Assembly (NCBI GenBank): GCA_905199855.1
Contig: CAJKHY010000001.1
Span: 21,748-85,747, forward strand
DNA length: 64,000 nucleotides
From: an uncultured Clostridium sp.
GTDB lineage: Bacteria > Bacillota_I > Bacilli_A > RF39 > UBA660
Direction: 5' to 3'
The notes under the pieces were generated by a model that worked only from the letters and a program-made list of their open reading frames with translations, did no database searches and was not told the DNA's origin. This document shows, in pieces, positions 49,199 through 59,003 of the stretch. The translations under genes and the position numbers were made by a program. Each line of letters opens with the position of its first letter. The first letter of the stretch is position 1.

Positions 49199-50089
49199 AT
49201 GAATTATTATAATGAAATAAAAAATAAAATAATAGATAATGAAGTATATTCAAAAATAAAAGACTATTCAAAAGAAAGACACAAAGTTATAACATATTTA
49301 GAAATAGGTAAATTACTAACTGAAGCAGGCGGAAAATATGGTGATAATATAATTGAAGAATACTCTAAAAAATTAGTTATTGAAGTTGGTAAAAAATATA
49401 ATAGAAGCACTTTATTTAGAATGAAACAATTTTATAATGTATTTAGTAATGAAAAAGTCGCACCACTGGTGCAACAATTAAGCTGGAGTCATTGTCTAAT
49501 TCTATTACCAATTAAAAACATTAATGAGATTAATTATTATATTAATCAAGTGTCAAAACGAAATCTTTCAAAAAGACAATTAGAAGAAATAGTAAAAAAT
49601 AATGAATATGAAAGATTACCTGTTGCAACCAGAAATAAACTAATATATAAAGATAGAGTTGAAGTAAAAGATTTAGTACCTAATCCTATTTTAATTAAAA
49701 ATAAAAATAATATAGAAATAATTACTGAAAAAGCATTACATCATCTAATATTAGAAGATATTGAATCATTTATGAAAGAATTGGGTAATTCATATAGCTT
49801 TATAGGTAGCGAATACAAAATCAAAATAGGAGATAGGAATTACTATATCGATTTATTATTATTTAATATAAAATATAATTGTTATGTAGTTGTTGAATTA
49901 AAAGTATCAGAATTTAAAGTAGAATATATTTCACAAGTACAAAAGTATATGAATTATATAGATAAGAACATAAAAGAAGTAAGTAATAATTGTACTATTG
50001 GAATTCTAATTTGCAAAAGAGAAAATAAGTTTGTAATTGAATATTGTTCAGATGATAGAATTGCAGTTAGAGAATATGAATTAGTATAA
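49199..50089 (+). CDS. DUF1016 (YhcG-like) PDDEXK-family nuclease
   Basis: LSWSHCLILLPIK, FMKELGNSYSFIGSEYKIKIGDRNYYIDLLLFNIKYNCYVVVELKVSEFK..., GILICKRENKFVIEY. Starts 12 nt after the comEC stop. Confidence 0.8.
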   Translation: MNYYNEIKNKIIDNEVYSKIKDYSKERHKVITYLEIGKLLTEAGGKYGDNIIEEYSKKLVIEVGKKYNRSTLFRMKQFYNVFSNEKVAPLVQQLSWSHCLILLPIKNINEINYYINQVSKRNLSKRQLEEIVKNNEYERLPVATRNKLIYKDRVEVKDLVPNPILIKNKNNIEIITEKALHHLILEDIESFMKELGNSYSFIGSEYKIKIGDRNYYIDLLLFNIKYNCYVVVELKVSEFKVEYISQVQKYMNYIDKNIKEVSNNCTIGILICKRENKFVIEYCSDDRIAVREYELV

Positions 50090-50135
50090 TTATAGAAATT
50101 ATGATATAATATTAATTAGTTTGTAGGTGGTTTTG

Positions 50136-50612
50136 ATGATTATAAAAGGAACAAGTTGTTATGCAAATGCTAAAAGTGGTAATTTAGTATCAATTACTGG
50201 TGATGGTGGAAATGCCTGGGGGTTTTATGGCAATGCATATAAGAAAATGTCTCCAAGATTATATCTATGGCAATACTACGATCAAAATCCCGATAATTTA
50301 GCTGAAGATGAGTTAATCAATTGGTATATAAAAGAGTTTTATAATTTAAGATTAAAAAAATTAAATCCAAATGAATTAATGGATACTTTGAAACAAAAAT
50401 TTGGAGAAGAAATAATATTACTTTGTCATGAGTTGCCTGGATTAGAAATAAATAAAGAACATTTTTGCCATGGAAGATTATTAGCTGATTGGATTGAACT
50501 TGAAACTGGTATTGCAATTCCTGAATTATCAATTAATGAATCTGATGATATAACTCAACAAGAGATTTATGATCTTAAACCGAGAATAAAAAAATTAATT
50601 AAAAAATACTAA
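50136..50612 (+). CDS. DUF488-like protein
   Basis: ...ILLCHELPG...EHFCHGRLLADWIE resembles the DUF488 C..E...CHR.L.A.WL terminal motif. Start at ATG 50136 after TAGGTGG. Confidence 0.45.
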   Translation: MIIKGTSCYANAKSGNLVSITGDGGNAWGFYGNAYKKMSPRLYLWQYYDQNPDNLAEDELINWYIKEFYNLRLKKLNPNELMDTLKQKFGEEIILLCHELPGLEINKEHFCHGRLLADWIELETGIAIPELSINESDDITQQEIYDLKPRIKKLIKKY

Positions 50613-50668
50613 GAATTATCAAGTTGATAGTTCTTTTTCTATCCTTAATTCGACTTATTTTTTGACAA

Positions 50669-51244
50669 TCACCACATGGAGATTATGATCATATGGGAAG
50701 TAGTTCATATTTAGTAAACCATTTTAAAGTTAACAAAGTATTCCTCAACTGTGGTCCTCACAACGAACTAGAAAAAGCATTAATAAAAGAATTAGAAAAG
50801 AAAAACATAAAACATTATTCATGTATTAAAGAACTAAATATTGATAAATACAAATTACAATTTTTAAATACAAAAGAATATGACAATGAAAATGATAATT
50901 CAAATGTAATTTATTTTAATTACAACAATTATAAATTTCTTCTCATGGGTGATGCTGGAATAGAGAAGGAAAAAGATATATTAAAAAAATATAATTTAAA
51001 TAATATTGATTTCCTAAAAGTTGGACATCATGGATCAAATACATCATCAAGTAAAGAGTTTATTAACAACATTAATCCTAAATACAGTATCATTAGTGTT
51101 GGTAAAAACAATAAATATGGGCATCCAAAAGAAAATATACTTGACATATTAAAAAACAGTAATATTTATAGAACAGATAGAGATGGTAGTATAGAAATCA
51201 AACTAAATAAAAATGGATATAAGATTAGAACATGCAGTCCATAG
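50669..51244 (+). pseudogene. Displaced second copy of the comEC 3' end (MBL domain only)
   Basis: ..PHGDYDHMGSSSYLVNHFKVNKVFLNCG...VGHHGSNTSS...IRTCSP is collinear with ComEC residues about 492-681 (48614-49186). It has no 5' part, and a TGA lies just upstream at about 50660. Confidence 0.8.
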
Positions 51245-51257
51245 TAAGGAGTAAAAT

Positions 51258-51681
51258 ATGAATTATTATAATAAGATTAAAAATGAATTAATAAATAATG
51301 AGATAAATAGTAAAGTAAAAAATTACTCAATTAATAAAAGTGATTTAAATACTTATTATAATATTGGAAAGATATTAAGTGAAGCAGGAAAACGATATAA
51401 TTATAAAACATTATATAGAATGAGAAAATTTTATAAATTATTTAGTATGAAAAAAAGACACAATGGTGTCAAAATTAAGTTGGACTTATTATAGAGAATT
51501 ATTATCAATAAAAGATGTAAACAAAATAATTTATTATATAAACCAATGTATAATTAAAAACTTAACTACTCGAGAATCAAGAGAAATTATAAAAAATAAT
51601 AGTTATTCAAGAATGAACAAAAAATTAAAATACATAGCATTGAATAAAAAATATAAAAAAATTAAAAAAACAGTCATATGA
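51258..51681 (+). pseudogene. Decayed second copy of the DUF1016 gene
   Basis: MNYYNKIKNELINNE... matches the N-terminus of the gene at 49199. It has an internal deletion, a frameshift near 51470 (two overlapping ORFs) and no PDDEXK C-terminal domain. Confidence 0.75.
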
Positions 51682-51735
51682 TTACCTATTTTGAATATAA
51701 TATTTAAGGATATGAAACATAATTTAGTTTATGTG

Positions 51736-51768
51736 CCCGCGAATCGCAAAAGGTTTGCGTTTATATAG
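51736..51768. repeat. Abutting inverted REP-like half units
   Basis: CCCGCGAATCGCAAAA (minus-orientation TTCGCG variant) followed by TTTGCGTTTATATAG. CGCAAA-agg-TTTGCG forms a hairpin. Confidence 0.45.
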
Positions 51769-51771
51769 ATA

Positions 51772-51808
51772 AGAAACTCTTAAATAAAAAATAGAGTTTC
51801 TTTTTTTT
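51772..51808 (+). terminator. Rho-independent terminator
   Basis: AGAAACTCT-taaataaaaaat-AGAGTTTCT followed by a T8 run. Confidence 0.7.
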
Positions 51809-51891
51809 CTAAAAGTGTCTACTTCTAGTATAATTTAATATACTTTTTGAAAAAAATATATTATAATTATTTTTATAGGTGAGGTTTGAAT

Positions 51892-53706
51892 ATGAAAGAA
51901 AGTATAAAAAATAATATTAGAAATTTTAGCATTATAGCCCATATTGATCATGGCAAAAGCACACTTGCAGACCGCATTTTAGAAGCAACTAATGCAATAT
52001 CAAAAAGAGAAATGAAAGACCAATTACTTGATAATATGGACATTGAAAGAGAAAGAGGAATCACCATCAAACTAAATGCCGTTAGACTAAAATATAACTT
52101 TAACAACGAAGAATATATATTAAATCTAATTGATACCCCAGGCCACGTTGATTTCACTTACGAAGTAAGTAGAAGTTTAGCGGCTTGTGAAGGTGCCGTT
52201 TTAGTCGTAGATGCTACTCAAGGCATTGAAGCCCAAACCTTAGCTAACGTTTATCTAGCCTTAGAAAACAATTTAGTCATTGTACCGGTCATCAATAAAA
52301 TAGATTTACCTAACGCAGATGTCCCTCTAAGAAAACAAGAATTAATTGACACATTTGGCTTTACAGAAGAAGAAATCATACCAGTCTCAGCCAAAACTGG
52401 TGAAGGCATAGATAAATTACTTGAGACCATAATCAAGAAAATACCAGGACCCAAAAAAAGTGATGAAGCACCACTCAAAGCTCTTATTTTTGATAGCTAT
52501 TTTGATTCATATCGTGGCGTCGTAGCCCTAATAAAAATTGCCCAAGGAACTTTAAAAAACACAGATAGAATAAAAATGTTATCCACTGGAGCTTGCTATG
52601 ACATAGTATCACTTGGTGTTCATACACCTAAAGAAGAAACACAAGAAATGCTATCTTCAGGAGAAGTTGGTTTCATTACAGCATCCATCAAAGATATTAC
52701 CTTAGTCAAAGTAGGAGATACCATAACTGACGAAAAGAACAAAGATATAACCCCGCTAGAAGGTTACAAAGTAATCAAACCATCAGTTTTCTGTGGACTT
52801 TACCCAATTGATTCAAAGAAATATCCTAATCTAAAAGAAGCCTTAGAAAAATTAAAACTAAACGATGCCGCCCTAACATTTGAACCAGAAACCTCTATTT
52901 CCTTAGGATTCGGCTATCGAACTGGTTTCCTTGGCCTATTACATATGGAAATTATTAAAGAAAGAATAGAACGAGAGTTCAATATTGAATTAATTGCAAC
53001 ATCCCCTTCAGTTATATATGAACTAACCCTAACTGATAACAGCACTATTACAATAGATAATCCATCCAAGTTCCCTGATAAAACAAAAATCAAAACAGTG
53101 AAAGAACCGTATGTAAAAGCAAGCATTTTTGTCCCAAGTGAATATATCGGTAGCATCATGGAACTATGCCAAGATAAACGTGGAACCTACTTAAACATGG
53201 AATATATTGATACAAAAAGAGTAAATATTCATTATGAAATACCACTTGCAGAAATTGTTTATGATTTCTTTGACAAGCTAAAAAGATCCACCAAAGGATA
53301 TGCATCATTTGACTATGAACTAATTGGTTACAAAGAATCAGATCTAGTTAAATTAGATATCCTAGTAAATGGCGAAGCCGTTGATGCCCTAAGTGTCATA
53401 GTACACAAAGAATTTGCCTACAAAAGAGGAAGAATTATCGTAGAAAACCTCAAAAATATCATACCAAGGCAAATGTTTGAAATACCAATCCAAGCGGTTA
53501 TCGGAAGCAAAGTTATCTCTCGAGCGGACATAAAAGCCATGAGAAAAAACGTCTTAGCAAAATGCTATGGAGGTGACGTCTCAAGAAAAAGAAAACTACT
53601 TGAAAAACAAAAAGAAGGTAAAAAGAAAATGAAACAAATAGGACGTGTTGAAATACCTGATGAAGCATTCCTAAAAATACTTAGTACAGATGAAGAAAAT
53701 AACTAA
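51892..53706 (+). CDS. lepA: Elongation factor 4 (LepA)
   Basis: [33 protein letters not shown]-terminal LepA-specific region. Start at ATG 51892 after AGGTGAGG. Confidence 0.95.
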   Translation: MKESIKNNIRNFSIIAHIDHGKSTLADRILEATNAISKREMKDQLLDNMDIERERGITIKLNAVRLKYNFNNEEYILNLIDTPGHVDFTYEVSRSLAACEGAVLVVDATQGIEAQTLANVYLALENNLVIVPVINKIDLPNADVPLRKQELIDTFGFTEEEIIPVSAKTGEGIDKLLETIIKKIPGPKKSDEAPLKALIFDSYFDSYRGVVALIKIAQGTLKNTDRIKMLSTGACYDIVSLGVHTPKEETQEMLSSGEVGFITASIKDITLVKVGDTITDEKNKDITPLEGYKVIKPSVFCGLYPIDSKKYPNLKEALEKLKLNDAALTFEPETSISLGFGYRTGFLGLLHMEIIKERIEREFNIELIATSPSVIYELTLTDNSTITIDNPSKFPDKTKIKTVKEPYVKASIFVPSEYIGSIMELCQDKRGTYLNMEYIDTKRVNIHYEIPLAEIVYDFFDKLKRSTKGYASFDYELIGYKESDLVKLDILVNGEAVDALSVIVHKEFAYKRGRIIVENLKNIIPRQMFEIPIQAVIGSKVISRADIKAMRKNVLAKCYGGDVSRKRKLLEKQKEGKKKMKQIGRVEIPDEAFLKILSTDEENN

Positions 53707-53723
53707 AGGGGGGTCCAGTACCT

Positions 53724-55478
53724 ATGAAAAACAAAAAAATAGAAGAATACCTAAAAGAAGAAGAATTTACCCATGTTGACAATATCTACACCGAACTATT
53801 AAATAACTTTTACAAAACTATCACAAAAATAGGAAAAGCCCTAGCTAAAAACATCCTAGAAAACGATATTGACGGAGCAATAACCATCATCAACAACTTA
53901 AGCATCCTAGTAAAAGACAAAGAAAAAATAAAGAAAATAAAAAAAGTAATTGAAATAAGTAATGATGATGCCAGTTTTACCACTGACGACTACCAAATAT
54001 TAATGTTTCTAATCTTCTATTACAAAGATTATGAATTAATAAAATACTTTGTATTATCTAAACCAAACGGTGTTAAAGTATTCAAAGATGCCCTAGAAGA
54101 AGTTTTAGATTATTACCTAAAATTACCAAAAAACAATCCTGATATTAATTACTATGAAAAAATACTAGAACTATTCTTGTATAACATGAAACCCCAAGAC
54201 CTAACAAAAAACAAAGGAAAATACTTACAAATGATAAACAAAAGCCCTTGCAAAAATTCTTGGCATATCAAAAAAATATTCAACATCATAGAAATGAGCG
54301 ATCACGTTACCATAAAAGAATTAGGAAAAAAATATCGCATTAAATATCATTTTCCCCAACATGTCATAGAAGAAATACCTAGCATTTATCAAAATTTAGA
54401 TAACAGAGTCGACCTTACCCAACAAAACGCAATAACAATAGACGGGGCAAAAACCAACCTATTTGATGATGCCTTTTACGTTTTAGAACTACCAAATGGT
54501 AACTATAAACTGTATATCCACATCGTAGATATTCCTTCCTATATCAAAAAAACAAGCAATATAAATAACGAAGCATACCTAAGAGGAGAAACATTATACT
54601 TACAAGACTGCATCGTCCCCATGATACCTGATGAAATAACAACATTCATGTGTTCCCTTAACAAAAACAGTATAAAAAATGCTATTACATATGAAATAAA
54701 TTTAGATTCCAATTTTGATTTCATAGGTAATAATATTTTAGATTACCTAAAAATATATAAAAGCCTCATTTGCATCAAAGAAAATTATTCTTACCAGTGG
54801 GCGGACCGACTAATCAAAGATGAAAACGGCAATAACATCCTATTCAACGCCTACCTAATCACAGACAAATTAAAACGTGAAAATGCTAGTAAAGAAATAT
54901 ATCGTAACATTCAAAACAGATTAGACAGACTAAATTACAGCGTAGAACCAAAAGAAAGCACCATGAACAACCTATCAGCCAGCATCATCCAAGAATTAAT
55001 GATTTTAGTTAACCACCTAACAGCGGAGTATTTTACACACATTGATATGCCATTCATGTATAGAAACAGCAAAAGATTAAGCAAAGAAGAATTGAATGAC
55101 AAACTAAAAATGTATTATGACTATATCAACAGCAACAAATTTCACCTAAACGAATTAAACAGTACCAACGTAAGAAACATTGCAGATATATTATCACGAA
55201 CAGCATATTATTCCATCGATAACGAAGGCCATTTTGGCTTAAACATGGATACCTATTCACACAGCAGTTCACCAATGAGAAGATATGCCGACATTATCAG
55301 CCAAAGATTAATATATGATTTTATCTTTAACAATTACCTAAATAACAGCTTAATATATAAATGGGAAGAAGAAATAGAAGAAACAAGTAAACACCTAAAT
55401 GAAAAAGAATCCGATAACGAAATGTTTGAAGCTGAATACAACTTCCTAATAAAAAGAAAAATTCTAAAAAAATATTAA
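53724..55478 (+). CDS. RNB-domain exoribonuclease (RNase II/R family) with an unrecognised N-terminal region
   Basis: RNB motifs ITIDGAKTNLFDDAFYV, YLQDCIVPMIPDEI, HFGLNMDTYSHSSSPMRRYADIISQR. The first ~230 aa have no recognisable cold-shock domain, and no S1 tail was seen. Confidence 0.7.
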   Translation: MKNKKIEEYLKEEEFTHVDNIYTELLNNFYKTITKIGKALAKNILENDIDGAITIINNLSILVKDKEKIKKIKKVIEISNDDASFTTDDYQILMFLIFYYKDYELIKYFVLSKPNGVKVFKDALEEVLDYYLKLPKNNPDINYYEKILELFLYNMKPQDLTKNKGKYLQMINKSPCKNSWHIKKIFNIIEMSDHVTIKELGKKYRIKYHFPQHVIEEIPSIYQNLDNRVDLTQQNAITIDGAKTNLFDDAFYVLELPNGNYKLYIHIVDIPSYIKKTSNINNEAYLRGETLYLQDCIVPMIPDEITTFMCSLNKNSIKNAITYEINLDSNFDFIGNNILDYLKIYKSLICIKENYSYQWADRLIKDENGNNILFNAYLITDKLKRENASKEIYRNIQNRLDRLNYSVEPKESTMNNLSASIIQELMILVNHLTAEYFTHIDMPFMYRNSKRLSKEELNDKLKMYYDYINSNKFHLNELNSTNVRNIADILSRTAYYSIDNEGHFGLNMDTYSHSSSPMRRYADIISQRLIYDFIFNNYLNNSLIYKWEEEIEETSKHLNEKESDNEMFEAEYNFLIKRKILKKY

Positions 55479-55496
55479 ATAGAAAGGAAATATAAT

Positions 55497-56495
55497 ATGG
55501 AAGAAGATAGAGTAGTAACTTCTAAAGAATTAAAAGAAGATACTTTTGAAAAAACAATTAGACCCGATAGTTTAGATGAATACATTGGACAAGAAGATGT
55601 AAAAAATAACATCAGTGTCTTTATAAAAAGTGCACTCATGAGAAGCGAACCATTAGATCATGTTTTATTATATGGACCACCTGGTTTAGGAAAAACAACA
55701 CTAGCATCCATTATTGCTAACGAACTAGGCAGTAATTTAAAAACGGCATCTGGACCATCTATAGAAAAAAGTGGCGATTTAGCCGCGATTCTATCCTCAA
55801 TTGAACCAAATGATGTGCTATTTGTTGATGAAATACATAGAATACCAAGATATATTGAAGAAATATTATATCCTGCCATGGAAGATTTTTCTTTAGACAT
55901 TATTATTGGCAATGATGGAAGCAGTCGTAATATTAAAATAAACCTACCACCATTTACACTCATAGGAGCAACCACCAGAGCTGGCGATTTATCAAGTCCC
56001 TTAAGAGATAGATTTGGAATAGTATGCAAATTAAACTATTATAATGAAGAAGAATTATTTAAAATAATAAAAAGAACATCAAGAGTATTAGACACAAATA
56101 TCGACGATGATGCAGCCATAGAACTTGCTAAAAGAAGCAGGGGCACTCCCCGAATAGCAAACCGTTTATTTAAAAGAGTAAGAGACTATGCCTTAGTTGA
56201 AGGTAAAGGTTATATTGATTTAAATATCATGAAAACAGCCTTAAATAGATTAAAAGTAGATGAATTAGGATTAGATGAAACAGATTATAATCTATTAAAA
56301 TCAATCATTGAAAAATTTAATGGAGGACCAGTAGGAATAGATGCCATAGCCAATTCCATTGGAGAAGAAGCCACAACAATTGAAGACGTATATGAGCCCT
56401 ATCTATTACAAACCGGATTGCTTAAAAGAACCACACGAGGTAGAATGGTTACAGAAAAAGGAATAGAACATATAAAGAAAATGGAAAACAAATAA
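55497..56495 (+). CDS. ruvB: Holliday junction branch migration helicase RuvB
   Basis: [42 protein letters not shown]. Confidence 0.95.
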   Translation: MEEDRVVTSKELKEDTFEKTIRPDSLDEYIGQEDVKNNISVFIKSALMRSEPLDHVLLYGPPGLGKTTLASIIANELGSNLKTASGPSIEKSGDLAAILSSIEPNDVLFVDEIHRIPRYIEEILYPAMEDFSLDIIIGNDGSSRNIKINLPPFTLIGATTRAGDLSSPLRDRFGIVCKLNYYNEEELFKIIKRTSRVLDTNIDDDAAIELAKRSRGTPRIANRLFKRVRDYALVEGKGYIDLNIMKTALNRLKVDELGLDETDYNLLKSIIEKFNGGPVGIDAIANSIGEEATTIEDVYEPYLLQTGLLKRTTRGRMVTEKGIEHIKKMENK

Positions 56496-56513
56496 ATCTT
56501 TATATGTTTTTCC

Positions 56514-56533
56514 TTTGCTCTCGCGTTATAGTG
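56514..56533 (+). repeat. REP-like intergenic repeat unit (TCGCG variant)
   Basis: TTTGCTCTCGCGTTATAGTG, about 18 nt after the ruvB stop. Confidence 0.6.
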
Positions 56534-56578
56534 CCCTTGAAACATCCTATGGAAAGTAATTTAATTTTAAAAATTCTA

Positions 56579-56607
56579 TTGATAGTTATTAAAATATGTG
56601 GTATTCT
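56579..56607 (+). promoter_or_regulatory. SigA-type promoter with -16 TGTG element (T7SS locus)
   Basis: TTGATA (56579-56584), 17-nt spacer ending in TGTGG, then TATTCT (56602-56607). Confidence 0.55.
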
Positions 56608-56641
56608 AATAATATAAAAGTAGGAAAGTGAGGAATGAGAT

Positions 56642-56938
56642 ATGGCAAAAATATCTTTATCAATTGATGAATTAAACAATATTGTAACAAAGATCAACAC
56701 TTCATCTCAAAAAATAAGTGAACTATGGAACTCAGTTAAAACAACAGAAATAGCAAAAATAAGAGAATCTTGGATGGGAAAAGACTGTGAAGCATACATT
56801 GTTAAAGTTGAGCAGATGGATGTAACAATGCAACAAGCAATAAAAGCATTGCAATTACTTGGAGCAACTTACAAACAAGCAATTGATAATATAGTAGCAA
56901 CACAAAATAAGATTACAAATGATATACAGGGATTATAG
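56642..56938 (+). CDS. esxA: WXG100-family T7SS substrate (EsxA-like)
   Basis: 98-aa helical hairpin with a central W-M-G (ESWMGKDCEAY). First gene of the locus containing essC. Confidence 0.8.
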   Translation: MAKISLSIDELNNIVTKINTSSQKISELWNSVKTTEIAKIRESWMGKDCEAYIVKVEQMDVTMQQAIKALQLLGATYKQAIDNIVATQNKITNDIQGL

Positions 56939-56950
56939 GAGGTGTGATAG

Positions 56951-58576
56951 ATGAATAATATATATGTTGACAGTGAGCAATTATTAAACTGTGCCCTAAA
57001 TCTAAAAAAAGATGCCACGAATATTTTAACAACATTTCAAAATGAATGTAGCCATGCCATTACAGCAGGGAATGAATGTTTAAGAGTAAGTGGGTTAGAT
57101 TCTAGTACTATAAATGCATCGTTAAATAAAATATTTACAAAAGCGTATGATCAATTAATGCTACTTGCTAATTTTTTAGCAACTAATGTAGCACAAGAAT
57201 ACGATTTAACAACACAAGCAATTGCTAAATCATTTAATCAAGAGTTTGCTAATGAAATAGCATCATTATTAGGAATTACAATAGGTTCTGTGGCGGGAGG
57301 AGCAACAGGAATAGGTACTAATATATCTAGCAGTTCAGGAATTGCTGGTGGTTATACTGGAGGTTCTGGTTATTTTGGAGGTACTGGTGGTTCATCACCA
57401 TCAATTGGTTCACCAAACGCATCTCCTTATCCAAACGGCAACCAAACAGGCCAAGTTAATTTAACAAATTTAACACCAGAAGAAAAAGCAAAATTAGAAG
57501 CGGCAGGTTATAAATGGGAATGTCATGACGGAACATGCGGTTGGTATAAAACAGATCCTAATACTGGGCAACCTATTTTAGCAGGCTCAAACGATCTTAA
57601 TAAGATGTATGGTATTTTGGGTGCTGATCAAAACGGAAAGTATAAGCCTACGCCTTCAACATCTAATAATGGTGGTATGACAAGCGTTCCATCAAATATC
57701 AGTAATAGTAATGTAACTGAAACAATTATGATGCAAAAAGGCTTTACAAAAGCAACAGATGGTAATTGGGTAAATAGTGATGGAGTTGTTGTAGAAAGTG
57801 GAGATGCTGAAATAATTTCTCATGAATACAATAGATTTTTAGAAAATAGTGGTGGAGATATAAATTCTGCATATAATTCGACACAAGCATTGACGGATCA
57901 ACTAATTAAAGCAAGCGCCAATGGAGAACCTGTTTTAAAAAGAGATGCTGCTGGAAATCCTTATGTAGTAACTGATTCTAATTTTGGCTTAGGTGGTAAT
58001 ACTAGAAATTCTGATACAACTTCAAGTAATATAAGCTCACATTTAAGTGACGATGAATATTTTAGAATGTATGGTAGATCTCGTGATACATCATCGTCAA
58101 TTTCAAGTCGAGATTCTGCAATTAATGCTAATTCTATGAAACAAGAACAAATGGCATCAAGGTCAATAAACACTAACGTTTCAAGTACTAAGAGTAGTTA
58201 TACGAATGAAAAAATGGATATTTTAGGTAAAACTGATAATTCTCCGTCATTTTCTAGTAAGAGTAGTTCATCATCTAATCAACACAAAAGCATTTTTGAT
58301 ATAAATGTTGGAAGTAATAATAGTAATTCATCTTCAAAAAGAGGATCGATCAGTTCTTCATCAAGTTCAATGTCATCAACAACTACAAAACCAACAACAA
58401 ATGCTAAGTATTCATCTGGTTCATCAATAAAAACTACGCCATCAACAAAAACCACATCTATTTCAAGTCGTGATAGTGCTATTAATGCTAATTCTATGAG
58501 AAATGAGCAAAAGGCGGCTAGAACTACATCAAAAGTATATGATTCTTCAACCAAAAGTAATAGTAAATGGGCATAA
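56951..58576 (+). CDS. Putative T7SS substrate: helical N-terminal domain, Gly-rich linker, Ser/Thr/Asn-rich repetitive C-terminus
   Basis: 541-aa ORF with SD GGAGGTG. The helical N-terminus of about 110 aa is WXG/LXG-like in style only. Internal repeat SISSRDSAINANSM(K/R).EQ.A.R occurs twice. No TM helix or enzyme motif recognised. Confidence 0.6.
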   Translation: MNNIYVDSEQLLNCALNLKKDATNILTTFQNECSHAITAGNECLRVSGLDSSTINASLNKIFTKAYDQLMLLANFLATNVAQEYDLTTQAIAKSFNQEFANEIASLLGITIGSVAGGATGIGTNISSSSGIAGGYTGGSGYFGGTGGSSPSIGSPNASPYPNGNQTGQVNLTNLTPEEKAKLEAAGYKWECHDGTCGWYKTDPNTGQPILAGSNDLNKMYGILGADQNGKYKPTPSTSNNGGMTSVPSNISNSNVTETIMMQKGFTKATDGNWVNSDGVVVESGDAEIISHEYNRFLENSGGDINSAYNSTQALTDQLIKASANGEPVLKRDAAGNPYVVTDSNFGLGGNTRNSDTTSSNISSHLSDDEYFRMYGRSRDTSSSISSRDSAINANSMKQEQMASRSINTNVSSTKSSYTNEKMDILGKTDNSPSFSSKSSSSSNQHKSIFDINVGSNNSNSSSKRGSISSSSSSMSSTTTKPTTNAKYSSGSSIKTTPSTKTTSISSRDSAINANSMRNEQKAARTTSKVYDSSTKSNSKWA

Positions 58577-58595
58577 ATAAAAAAAGGGGGATATC

Positions 58596-58916
58596 ATGAA
58601 CAAGGAAAAAATTAAAATTGACACCATTAATCTTTATGAAGAAATATATAAAATTAATATGATATTATCTTCTTTAGAAAAAGAGTATATTAATATAAGA
58701 GATATTACTGTGACATCACTAGACGAAGTTGATAACTCTTATAATTATTATAAAGATTTTGAAAAAAATATAAGAGATTTAATAATAAGATTTCGTAAAT
58801 TAAATAATATGGTTGTTGGTGGAGTTATTCAAAAATATAATTCTTTTGATGCTTCCTTAAATTATGATTTTAACAATTTAAAAACAATAACTGAAAATAT
58901 AAGAAGTGAAAATTAG
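58596..58916 (+). CDS. Small helical protein (possible T7SS accessory or chaperone)
   Basis: 106-aa ORF with SD GGGGGA and predicted coiled-coil character. Function is inferred from position only. Confidence 0.5.
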   Translation: MNKEKIKIDTINLYEEIYKINMILSSLEKEYINIRDITVTSLDEVDNSYNYYKDFEKNIRDLIIRFRKLNNMVVGGVIQKYNSFDASLNYDFNNLKTITENIRSEN

Positions 58917-58939
58917 CACCAAAAAAGTGCTTTTTTTCT

Positions 58940-58946
58940 TTCGACA
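58940..58946. promoter_or_regulatory. 0A-box-like heptamer TTCGACA abutting the essC promoter -35
   Basis: TTCGACA ends 1 nt before TTGACT (58948-58953). Confidence 0.35.
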
Positions 58947-58947
58947 A

Positions 58948-58976
58948 TTGACTATTAAATAATTTTATACTATACT
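58948..58976 (+). promoter_or_regulatory. SigA-type internal promoter upstream of essC
   Basis: TTGACT (58948-58953), 17-nt spacer, TATACT (58971-58976). Confidence 0.55.
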
Positions 58977-59003
58977 ATTATTAGAATAAAGAGGTGTATT
59001 AAT

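Noticed and set aside
48614-51681. Prophage, IS or ICE inserted in comEC
   Set aside because: No integrase, transposase, terminal inverted repeats or phage genes are present. The block contains only a nuclease gene, a DUF488-like gene and duplicated host-type sequence. It is reported instead as a recombination scar.
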